Shown here: positions 10,450 to 18,255 of the stretch, one piece after another
How the letters are laid out: each line of letters begins with the position of its first letter
Numbering within the stretch: position 1 is the first letter of the stretch
From: Bacteroidales bacterium
Lineage (GTDB): Bacteria; Bacteroidota; Bacteroidia; Bacteroidales; UBA3824
Length of the DNA: 64,000 nucleotides
Direction: 5' to 3'
NCBI GenBank assembly: GCA_017394445.1
Contig: JAFPYT010000071.1
Coordinates: 25,005 to 89,004, forward strand
Notes under the pieces: model-generated
Database searches by the model: none
What the model was told of the DNA's origin: nothing
The model's input: only the letters and a program-made list of their open reading frames with translations
Program-made: the position numbers and the translations under genes

Positions 10450-12981
10450 ATGAGCCAACCCATAATAACAACCGACATATCGTCGGTAAGGCCGGTATTT
10501 ACCGCAGGCACAAGCGAGAACATAAAACGCTACGACCAACTGAAAAAATTTTTTGAGGAGGGCAAGGAATACACCGTGCTCGCAAAACCCATACCCGCAG
10601 GAAAAGACAAAATAACTTGGCACACCGAGTTTGACGGCAATCCCGAACCATTCAACAAACTTACCGAAGAGGAGCAGAAAACCGCCAAAGGCCGTATCAA
10701 GTATCAGGTAAACCGTATGTACAAATCGGCTTATTACCAACTGCGAAAGGGCAGCAAAAAAGAAATCGACGAGTTGTTTGAAATTCTTGACTCGTGTATT
10801 GAGATTCCCGACTACGACAATATTTTCCGCATCACCAATCCCAACGGAAAAGTCAACTATGTATTAATAAGGTGGGGTTTTATCGGCGACGATTTCAACG
10901 CCGGATCGGGAATTATCAAAAAACTTGTTCCGCTAAAAGTAGACACCGTTAAAATAAAGGTGTTGGATAATGGGAAACCTGCTGTTGACAAAAAAGTGAT
11001 TGTTAACCATCTCGGCAGAATATACCAACTGCAAACCGACAGTCTGGGATACGCCTGCGTGGAGGATATTCCCCTTGGCGACAAGTTTACCGCTGAAACC
11101 GACGACAACGACACACTCACCGAATACACTTGCGACGGTAGCGATGAATATCACCTGCTCATTGGCACCAAAAGTGCTGATATGAATTTCAAAATCGTAG
11201 ACAAAAACGGTAAGCCGATACCAGGCGCAGAAGTTTCGTTTACCTACGACGGCAAAACATACAACCTCTCCGCCGACCAAAATGGAAGAATTAGTCTACC
11301 CGACATTCCCGAAAAAACCGAAATCCTTGCCCAGCAAGGCGACATAGTACAGAAATTTGTGTGCGACACTCAGCGCGACGAATATATTTTCAACGGGTCG
11401 TCGCCATCTGCCGAACTCGAAACTACAGTGATTACCGAAAGCGGCGAAACTGTTGCCAATGTGGACATTACGATAGAATATCCAGGAATGAGCCACTCGT
11501 ATTGTTCTGACAAAAACGGCAAAATATTTATCGACAGTCTGCCTGTAAACACAGAAATAACAGTATCTTGCGCCGACAGAAACTACAATCACGCCGTTAT
11601 TTCCCTCACCACTCAGGAAGGTCTTAATATGGCAGAACTCAAAGTAAAAAAGAAATCGACCGAAGGCGTAATGGTGATAAAGGTAATCGACGACCACGGC
11701 GAAATTATATCAAACTCGCTCATCCGCTGCGAGTTCGACGATTTTAAAACCGAACTTGTTACCAACGAAAACGGCGAAATCACCCTCAACAAAGTGCCAT
11801 TCGACACCGAGGTAACCGCCACACAGATAATCGACGGTCTCGGAAGCCGCCGCCACAAGTTTATCTTCTCCCAAATGAACACCGACTACATACTCAAAGG
11901 ATTGAAGATACTTGGCAAGGCAGCAATCTCCGACCTCGAAATCCACGTTCAGAACAAGAAAAAACAAGACATTCCCAACCTCCGCATTACAATCAGCGAC
12001 GGACACAAAGATATCAACCGCATTACCAACGCCGATGGTCGCGTGTTTGTAAACGAACTGCCCCGAAGCAAAAAATACACTATCACCACCGAATACCGCA
12101 ACAAAACCACCCAAACTCAATTTGAGTGCACCAAAGAAAAAGAGTTGCTAAAAATTTCGGTAGGTCGTAGTCCGTGGTTGTTCTTAATTTGGCTTATTCC
12201 GTTGCTCGCACTCTTGGGTTTTGCTATCTATAAATATTTAGTACCCATTATTGTAGACAAAAATCCCGCTCCTGTGGTAGTGGCAGACAGCACCGACAAC
12301 AACGCTCAGCCCGAACCCGAGCCGCAACCCGAGCCGCAGCCTGCTCCAGAGCCGCAGCCCGAACCCGAACCTGAGCCCGCTCCTGCACCGGTAACAATTG
12401 TAAACCAAGGTATTGTGCTTACAATTATGGACGAAGAAACAGGCAACCCCCTTGCCGATGCTACTGTTCATTTGGAATGTAAAGGTCAGGTGTTCGACGA
12501 CCGTAGCGACGTGAAAGGCAAGGCCACAATCGACCAATTAAAAGCCGACACCACCGACAAGGTAGATGTAAAAATCACCGCACAAGGTCACGACGAGTTT
12601 ATCGGCTCGTTTATGTACACGCCAAACAAAACCATTATCATCCCCAAAAAATCAATAGAATTTAGCGAGGAGATACTACCCTGCGGCACCGAAATTCGTT
12701 CAAAAGGTTACCACAGCACCGTTAAGACCTTTGACCTCAAAAAGAAGAAAGGCAAAGTAAAAATCTATTACCAAATGAACGACGTGCCCGACCAGATGGT
12801 AATCTACAAAGGACGCGCTTCGCAAATATCTGATTCTAAGATAATTTACGACACCAAGTTTGTAAAATTCTCTAAGATGATAACCATACCATTCGACACC
12901 GAAGACGGACTCATTACCGTAAAAATCAACGGCGGCGACGACTCCAAGACACAGTGGTACGTAAAAGTAAACTGTCCGTGA
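10450..12981 (+). CDS. Hypothetical bitopic protein: shared N-module + ~5 beta-sandwich repeats + TM + PEPEPQ linker + 1 repeat + Cys-bracketed C-terminal domain (cluster gene 2)
   Basis: The N-terminal ~155 aa are homologous to those of the 7927 and 13024 products. Repeats such as FKIVDKNGKPIPGAEVSFTYDGKTYNLSADQNGRISLPDIP resemble CarboxypepD_reg/Cna-B-like folds. The TM helix is WLFLIWLIPLLALLGFAIY, followed by the linker QPEPEPQPEPQPAPEPQPEPEPEPAPAP. Confidence 0.75.
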   Translation: MSQPIITTDISSVRPVFTAGTSENIKRYDQLKKFFEEGKEYTVLAKPIPAGKDKITWHTEFDGNPEPFNKLTEEEQKTAKGRIKYQVNRMYKSAYYQLRKGSKKEIDELFEILDSCIEIPDYDNIFRITNPNGKVNYVLIRWGFIGDDFNAGSGIIKKLVPLKVDTVKIKVLDNGKPAVDKKVIVNHLGRIYQLQTDSLGYACVEDIPLGDKFTAETDDNDTLTEYTCDGSDEYHLLIGTKSADMNFKIVDKNGKPIPGAEVSFTYDGKTYNLSADQNGRISLPDIPEKTEILAQQGDIVQKFVCDTQRDEYIFNGSSPSAELETTVITESGETVANVDITIEYPGMSHSYCSDKNGKIFIDSLPVNTEITVSCADRNYNHAVISLTTQEGLNMAELKVKKKSTEGVMVIKVIDDHGEIISNSLIRCEFDDFKTELVTNENGEITLNKVPFDTEVTATQIIDGLGSRRHKFIFSQMNTDYILKGLKILGKAAISDLEIHVQNKKKQDIPNLRITISDGHKDINRITNADGRVFVNELPRSKKYTITTEYRNKTTQTQFECTKEKELLKISVGRSPWLFLIWLIPLLALLGFAIYKYLVPIIVDKNPAPVVVADSTDNNAQPEPEPQPEPQPAPEPQPEPEPEPAPAPVTIVNQGIVLTIMDEETGNPLADATVHLECKGQVFDDRSDVKGKATIDQLKADTTDKVDVKITAQGHDEFIGSFMYTPNKTIIIPKKSIEFSEEILPCGTEIRSKGYHSTVKTFDLKKKKGKVKIYYQMNDVPDQMVIYKGRASQISDSKIIYDTKFVKFSKMITIPFDTEDGLITVKINGGDDSKTQWYVKVNCP

Positions 12982-13023
12982 TAACTATCTGAAAACATAT
13001 TAACAACATAAAAACCTGAATAT

Positions 13024-14181
13024 ATGAACATTATAGCCACAAAAGACCTCAACAACATACGCTATATGCTCGGTGCTGCCGAAACAGCCAAAGGTGTCTA
13101 CAACCAAATAAAGGCGACGTTTCCCAACAGCGACGAGTATAAGATATTTGCCGAGCCAATTATTTTGGAAAACGGCGCAAAAATAGCGTGGGCGTCGAAC
13201 TACGACGGCAAGGGCGTGTGCTACGACCATCTCTCAGAAGAAGACCAGAGCATTGCCCGCGACATACTTTCGGCAAGCATCAAAAAACTCTTAGACAAGG
13301 TAAAAGAGTTTAACGATCAGTCTATCACCGATATGATGTACAAGTGCATCGAAATTCCCGGAATGAACGACGTATATATGATACGCAAAAACGGCGAAAC
13401 CAAAGTGGTGATAGCCGAATGGGGATTTGTGCTTGATACTCCCGGCGCAGAGAAAGGTTTGCTTTACAAAATTTTGAATACGCGCAAAATACCAATGAAG
13501 TTTACAGTTGTTTACAACGACGACCTTTCTATTGCTCCGTTTGAGGATATAATTTTTGAATACGAAGGCAAGCCATTGTCGTCAAAATCAGACGAAAACG
13601 GTATCATCGTTCTTGAAAAAATCAAAGAAGATTCGTATATCAAAGCCTTTGAACCCGACGGCGACCAAAAAATCAATATGCAAGGCTTCACTTGCTACGA
13701 AGAGGGCGCGTACACCATCAAAGTTACTCCCAAAGGCGATATGCTTTTTGAGGTAACCGACCAAAACAAGAATCCTCTTAGCGGCAAAGAATTTATATTT
13801 GATTATAACAATCAGAAGATAAAAGCCATCTCTGACGCCGACGGTCACATGACCTTAAAGAAGGTTAAAAACGGTGTTACAGTTCAAGCCTACCAAGAAG
13901 GTGAATCAGGCAGAGAGAATCAAAACACCTTTGTTTCTGACCGCAAAATAGAGAAGTATCCTATTGTAATAGAGATAAAAGAGGAGTTACCTCCGCCGCC
14001 ACCGCCAGCACGCAAAATGCGCTTTAAGGTAATCGACGAGAAAAACAACGTGGTAAAGAGCGCCGAAGTGATAGTAAAATATAACGGAATAACCAAAACA
14101 CTATTCACCGACGCCGACGGATACTGCGAACTCGAAGATGTGCCAATCGGCGCAGTGGTTGAGGCAAAGGCTAAAAAATAA
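13024..14181 (+). CDS. Hypothetical soluble protein: shared N-module + 3 beta-sandwich repeats, with no signal peptide or TM helix (cluster gene 3)
   Basis: The N-terminal ~145 aa are homologous to cluster genes 1 and 2 (FAEPI..W, EEDQ, CIEIPG, AEWGF). Repeats include LFEVTDQNKNPLSGKEFIFDYNNQKIKAISDADGHMTLKKV. A PPPPPP linker is present. Confidence 0.75.
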   Translation: MNIIATKDLNNIRYMLGAAETAKGVYNQIKATFPNSDEYKIFAEPIILENGAKIAWASNYDGKGVCYDHLSEEDQSIARDILSASIKKLLDKVKEFNDQSITDMMYKCIEIPGMNDVYMIRKNGETKVVIAEWGFVLDTPGAEKGLLYKILNTRKIPMKFTVVYNDDLSIAPFEDIIFEYEGKPLSSKSDENGIIVLEKIKEDSYIKAFEPDGDQKINMQGFTCYEEGAYTIKVTPKGDMLFEVTDQNKNPLSGKEFIFDYNNQKIKAISDADGHMTLKKVKNGVTVQAYQEGESGRENQNTFVSDRKIEKYPIVIEIKEELPPPPPPARKMRFKVIDEKNNVVKSAEVIVKYNGITKTLFTDADGYCELEDVPIGAVVEAKAKK

Positions 14182-14188
14182 TACACTT

Positions 14189-14248
14189 AGAGACGTGCCA
14201 AGGCGCGTCTCTATTTTCAATATAATGAGACGCACCATGGCACGTCTC
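14189..14248 (+). repeat. Two tandem GAGACG...CGTCTC hairpins (terminator/attenuator-like) between cluster genes 3 and 4
   Basis: AGAGACGtGCCaaGGCgCGTCTCT (14189-14212) is followed by ATTTTC. GAGACGcaCCatGGcaCGTCTC lies at 14227-14248. The two share outer arms but differ in the centre. Confidence 0.65.
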
Positions 14249-14283
14249 TACATTTAAAACAACCTTATTTGAATTAAATAATT

Positions 14284-16005
14284 ATGGAAGGCTCAGGAAA
14301 ATATACCTACAACGAATCCGATTCGGAATACATCGTAAAAATCAAGGGCCGCAAGCCGTGGTGGCTTTTGCTGTTGTTGCTTTTATTGCCGCTACTTTTA
14401 CTGCTGCCATTTGAAAAAGACGTTGTGTTTAAAACTGTGAACAAAACGTCAGGTGATGCAATACCGCAAATCAATGTTAAGTTTCAATATGTAAAACATA
14501 CTTTTATTTCTTTCTCTCCATTTGGATTTTGTGTAAAAGATACTATAAAATATGAGAATCAGAGCGACGAGAAGGGTGAAGTATTGTTTACAAAAGTAAA
14601 ATATACTTTATTTCAGTCGTTATTTTACGGAGGCGAAAACACTGAGGCTTCGGCATTTGGAGGTTGCTTAACCGGCGACACTATTACACCTCCTTTTGGT
14701 TCGCTCGGAGGACTTCTTGCTGATAAAATTGAATTAGGGTTTAAAGGTTACGACCTTGATTTTAAGGTAATTGATGCCGACGACAACGAGCCTATTCCCG
14801 ACGCAACAGTAAAGGCAGTAATATCAGGTCCTGAAAACCGAAACGACAACCAAAATTCAGACCCAGGCGGATACGCTATGTTTGAAAGCACTCCCCTATG
14901 CTCCGACATCACTGTTGTGGCTCAAAAAGAGGGCTACGAACCCGACACAATCACCGGCGGTGTGGAATCGCTCCTAAAAGGCGAATTTGGGCGTACTCTG
15001 CGTTTAAAACCCGGCAAGGGCGCGGTAACATTCACGGTTAAGGATTTGGTAAGCCGTCAGACTATTCCGGGCGCTAAGGCAACGCTGATTACCACAAACG
15101 GCTCAATTAGTCTCACAACCAATACCAACGGCGTGGGCAAGGGCTTTTTCGACAGCATCAACGTTAACAAAACCATCAAAATTCAGGTAGAGAAAATCTA
15201 TTACTACGACACCACTTCCGCCGAATACACAGTGATGAAATACGAAAAACTTTCGGACGACGAGCGCACACTCTATATGCGTCCCAAGACCGAAAATCTT
15301 GTTTTCCGCGATGTGGACGCAGTATCTAACAAACCGATAGCAGGCGTGCAAAACGTGATTTTTATCAACGGTAAAAAAACTGCCACTGAGTATTCCAACA
15401 ATCAAGGCTGCTTTAACGTGGCGGGCTTAAAACCCGAAGACAAAATCAGCGTGGTGGCATCCAAAGGCGGATATATCAAAAACGAGGATAAGATTAAAAA
15501 CGCCCGTACATCTACCCTCGACAACCAAGAAAAACGTGATATTCCGCTGTTTGCTATCCAAGAAATGCACTCAAAACCGCGCAAAAACTGCGGTGTGCAC
15601 TTCTCAGGCACTCTCCTATCCGACACCGAAATCAAGGGTCATATCTCAAAAATCTACCAGCCCGACAAATACGGCGAATATGTTGGCGATGGAATGTACC
15701 CAAGCAATCAAGCCGCTTTTCCAAATGCAGTTCAGTATACATTTGATGCAATAGCAGTTGACAAAGGTACACATCTCACAATATATAGTCAACCAAACTT
15801 TAAAGGAAAAATTCTGTTAGATGTTACAGGTCCGGCTTTAATCAACAACGTTAAGTGGAAAGACGAAGCACGAATCAAAGACGTTAACGAAAAGACCTTC
15901 ACTCCTGAGTTTGAGGCAAATTTCCCGAAATCATGTCGCCGTTGGAGTTCAGAGAATATGAACCAATGGGACTACGGTTCGGTTAAAATCACCTGCGGAG
16001 AATAA
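14284..16005 (+). CDS. Hypothetical N-in membrane-anchored protein: ~4 beta-sandwich repeats + C-terminal Cys-bracketed domain with one beta/gamma-crystallin-like signature (cluster gene 4)
   Basis: The TM anchor is KGRKPWWLLLLLLLLPLLLLLPFEKD. Repeats include DFKVIDADDNEPIPDATVKAVISG....GGYAMFES. The C-terminal region contains LTIYSQPNFKGK (Y-x4-F-x-G) and is bracketed by NCGVH...ITCGE. Confidence 0.7.
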   Translation: MEGSGKYTYNESDSEYIVKIKGRKPWWLLLLLLLLPLLLLLPFEKDVVFKTVNKTSGDAIPQINVKFQYVKHTFISFSPFGFCVKDTIKYENQSDEKGEVLFTKVKYTLFQSLFYGGENTEASAFGGCLTGDTITPPFGSLGGLLADKIELGFKGYDLDFKVIDADDNEPIPDATVKAVISGPENRNDNQNSDPGGYAMFESTPLCSDITVVAQKEGYEPDTITGGVESLLKGEFGRTLRLKPGKGAVTFTVKDLVSRQTIPGAKATLITTNGSISLTTNTNGVGKGFFDSINVNKTIKIQVEKIYYYDTTSAEYTVMKYEKLSDDERTLYMRPKTENLVFRDVDAVSNKPIAGVQNVIFINGKKTATEYSNNQGCFNVAGLKPEDKISVVASKGGYIKNEDKIKNARTSTLDNQEKRDIPLFAIQEMHSKPRKNCGVHFSGTLLSDTEIKGHISKIYQPDKYGEYVGDGMYPSNQAAFPNAVQYTFDAIAVDKGTHLTIYSQPNFKGKILLDVTGPALINNVKWKDEARIKDVNEKTFTPEFEANFPKSCRRWSSENMNQWDYGSVKITCGE

Positions 16006-16008
16006 ACG

Positions 16009-16611
16009 CTAATAAAAAAGCATTAGCATATTACCACACAAAAATCCCGTTACATAGCCAATTAAAAGGCGTGTAAACGGGATTTTTTCTATATGCATAC
16101 GAGCAAAGGCACAAATAGAAAACACCAAGACTGTTACCACAAACGTCCAAAAAACATCTGCGCCGCTGATTTTGCCAATCAAAACCACAAACGACGATAG
16201 ACCTCCGCAAAACAGTCCGTATGGATGAAGATGAAATTTATTGAAATCTAAAAGAGATATCGCCGATAATATAGCAAACAACTGAAAGATAGAGAGAACT
16301 CCGTGTGATGAGAAATTTTCGTTTCGCATAACATAAAAGCCGAGCACGTAAGAACCAATCATTGCTGTCGTAATCAAAATTTTAGAGCGCAAAGGAGATT
16401 CGCCGCTAAAAACATCTTTGATTTTGGCGATATACATCACATAAGATGGAATCAGCACCACCAAAAGCAGCACAAAAAAATAGTAATAGACCGACGACCA
16501 GACCGAATAGTAATAAGCCTGCCGCTCAGTGCCGTAAAACACCGTAAAAGCGTAAAAAGGCATTAAAAACGGGTAGGTTAATACCGACAGTATCTTGGCA
16601 GCACGCTCCAT
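16009..16611 (-). CDS. Hypothetical polytopic membrane protein (about 6 TM helices)
   Basis: Hydrophobic helices run throughout. Its ATG overlaps the rpoN stop in TAATG (16609-16613). I recognise no family motif. Confidence 0.6.
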   Translation of the reverse strand: MERAAKILSVLTYPFLMPFYAFTVFYGTERQAYYYSVWSSVYYYFFVLLLVVLIPSYVMYIAKIKDVFSGESPLRSKILITTAMIGSYVLGFYVMRNENFSSHGVLSIFQLFAILSAISLLDFNKFHLHPYGLFCGGLSSFVVLIGKISGADVFWTFVVTVLVFSICAFARMHIEKIPFTRLLIGYVTGFLCGNMLMLFY

Positions 16612-18167
16612 TACAATTCTTTTCTAAGGCGTGCTACAAGTATGTTCATCTGTTCGCGATATTTTGCCACAGTGCGTCGTGCAATCTGATAACCGCGTTG
16701 TTGGAGAATCTTGGCGAGTTTTTCGTCGGTAAGGGGCTGACGCTTGCTCTCGTTGTCGATGCACTCTTTGAGTATCTTCTTGATTTCGCGGGTAGAAACC
16801 TCATCGCCGTCGGTGGTCTGCATTCCTTCGGAAAAGAAAAATTTCAACGGGAAAATACCAAAGTGAGTTTGAATATACTTGCTGTTTGCCACACGCGAAA
16901 TGGTGGAAATGTCGAAACCTGTGGCGTCGGCTATGGTTTTGAGAATCATTGGCTTCAACTTAGTTTCGTCGCCATCTTCAAAATACTCTTTTTGATAGTC
17001 GAGGATAGCCTGCATTGTTATCATAAGTGTATTCTGACGCTGCTTAATAGCCTCGATAAACCATTTTGCGCTGTCGAGTTTCTGTTTTACAAAAAGTAAA
17101 GTTTCCTTATCTTTTTTATTACCCTTCGACTTACCAACGCTGTCAATCATATCGGCATAGGTGCGGTTGATACGCAGTTCGGGAACGTTTTTAGAATTAA
17201 GATGGAGAATAAAATCGCCGTCGTGATCTTCCAAAATAAAGTCGGGAATGATATGCTGAGTGCTTTTTGAGAGTTGCGGCGCAAAAATACTTCCCGGTTT
17301 GGGATTCAAACGTGTAATATCCTCAACAGCCTGTTTCAACTGTTTTTCGGTAATGTCTGTTTTTGAGAGAATCTTGTCGTAATGCTTTTTAGAAAATTCT
17401 TCAAAAAACTCTTTGAGTATAAGATATTCAAATTTGAGAATGGTTTTGTCGCCCTTTTGCGAGCGGTAGTTGCGCATAACTTGCAACATAAGGCATTCGC
17501 GCAAATCACGTGCGCCCACACCTGCGGGGTCAAAATCTTGAATAATAGTGAGAATTTTCAGAAGTTCCTTTTCGGTGGTTTCGTATCCAGCCGTAAATGC
17601 AATATCGTCAACAATGTTTTCAATATCGCGGCGCAGATAACCGTCCTCGTCAATATTGCCGATGATATATTCTGCAAGCAGTTGCTCATCCTCGTTCATT
17701 ACACCGAGACCGAGTTGCGAAAGCAGATACTCGTGGAGCGAATTACCCGAAGAATAAGGAATGTCGGAGCGGCGGTCATCGTCGTCGTCGCTGTAATTAT
17801 TTGAGTTTAGGCGGTAGTTTGGAGTGTCATCGTCTTCAAGATAATCCTCCACGGTAAACTCCTCGTCGCTCTGAGTTTTTTTAAACTCGTCGTCGTTGTA
17901 ATCGTCGTTGATATCGCGCTCTGGTTCATCGTATTCAGGACCATCGAGAGAATCATCGTCGCCTTCGTGGTCGGAGGAATAATCGTCGGTGCTGCGGGTG
18001 TTATCGTCCATATCCTCGCCGCCCTCTTCGAGCACAGGATTCTCCTCAATCTCGCGTTTGATTCGCTGCTCTAACTGTATAGTAGGTATCTCCAACAGTT
18101 TTATCAACTGTATTTGTTGCGGCGAAAGTTTCTGCAACAGTTTCTGTTGAAGTTTCTGATTAAGCAT
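16611..18167 (-). CDS. rpoN: RNA polymerase sigma-54 factor
   Basis: The N-terminus is MLNQKLQQKLLQKLSPQQIQLIKLLEIPTIQLEQRIKREIEENPVLEE, followed by an acidic region II. The C-terminal RpoN box is ARRTVAKYREQMNI. I prefer ATG 18167 over the track start at 18197. Confidence 0.9.
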   Translation of the reverse strand: MLNQKLQQKLLQKLSPQQIQLIKLLEIPTIQLEQRIKREIEENPVLEEGGEDMDDNTRSTDDYSSDHEGDDDSLDGPEYDEPERDINDDYNDDEFKKTQSDEEFTVEDYLEDDDTPNYRLNSNNYSDDDDDRRSDIPYSSGNSLHEYLLSQLGLGVMNEDEQLLAEYIIGNIDEDGYLRRDIENIVDDIAFTAGYETTEKELLKILTIIQDFDPAGVGARDLRECLMLQVMRNYRSQKGDKTILKFEYLILKEFFEEFSKKHYDKILSKTDITEKQLKQAVEDITRLNPKPGSIFAPQLSKSTQHIIPDFILEDHDGDFILHLNSKNVPELRINRTYADMIDSVGKSKGNKKDKETLLFVKQKLDSAKWFIEAIKQRQNTLMITMQAILDYQKEYFEDGDETKLKPMILKTIADATGFDISTISRVANSKYIQTHFGIFPLKFFFSEGMQTTDGDEVSTREIKKILKECIDNESKRQPLTDEKLAKILQQRGYQIARRTVAKYREQMNILVARLRKEL

Positions 18168-18255
18168 AATATTTCGGTTATTAATTTTTAATAACACAAA
18201 AATAAGGAATAATCTTTAATGTTGGTATATTTTATGCAACAATTTTTTCTTTTTT

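Noticed and set aside
12301-12390. A short-period DNA repeat (CCCGAG/CCGCAG units), considered as a microsatellite or array-like element. The Pro-rich stretch at 8440-8620 was considered in the same way.
   Set aside because: Both are in-frame, encode PEPEPQ or PPPxP linkers next to TM helices, and have no spacer/repeat organisation. They are ordinary low-complexity linkers, not CRISPR or regulatory arrays.
14238-14243. TGGCAC, 41 nt upstream of cluster gene 4, considered as a sigma-54 -24 element because rpoN is adjacent to the cluster.
   Set aside because: The spacing-appropriate -12 element (TTGC) is absent; the sequence is TGGCAC-GTCTC-TACAT. The hexamer is part of the second GAGACG hairpin.
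17807-18049. Acidic low-complexity stretch and alternative ORFs within rpoN.
   Set aside because: An acidic region II is a normal feature of sigma-54. The alternative-frame ORFs are shadows.
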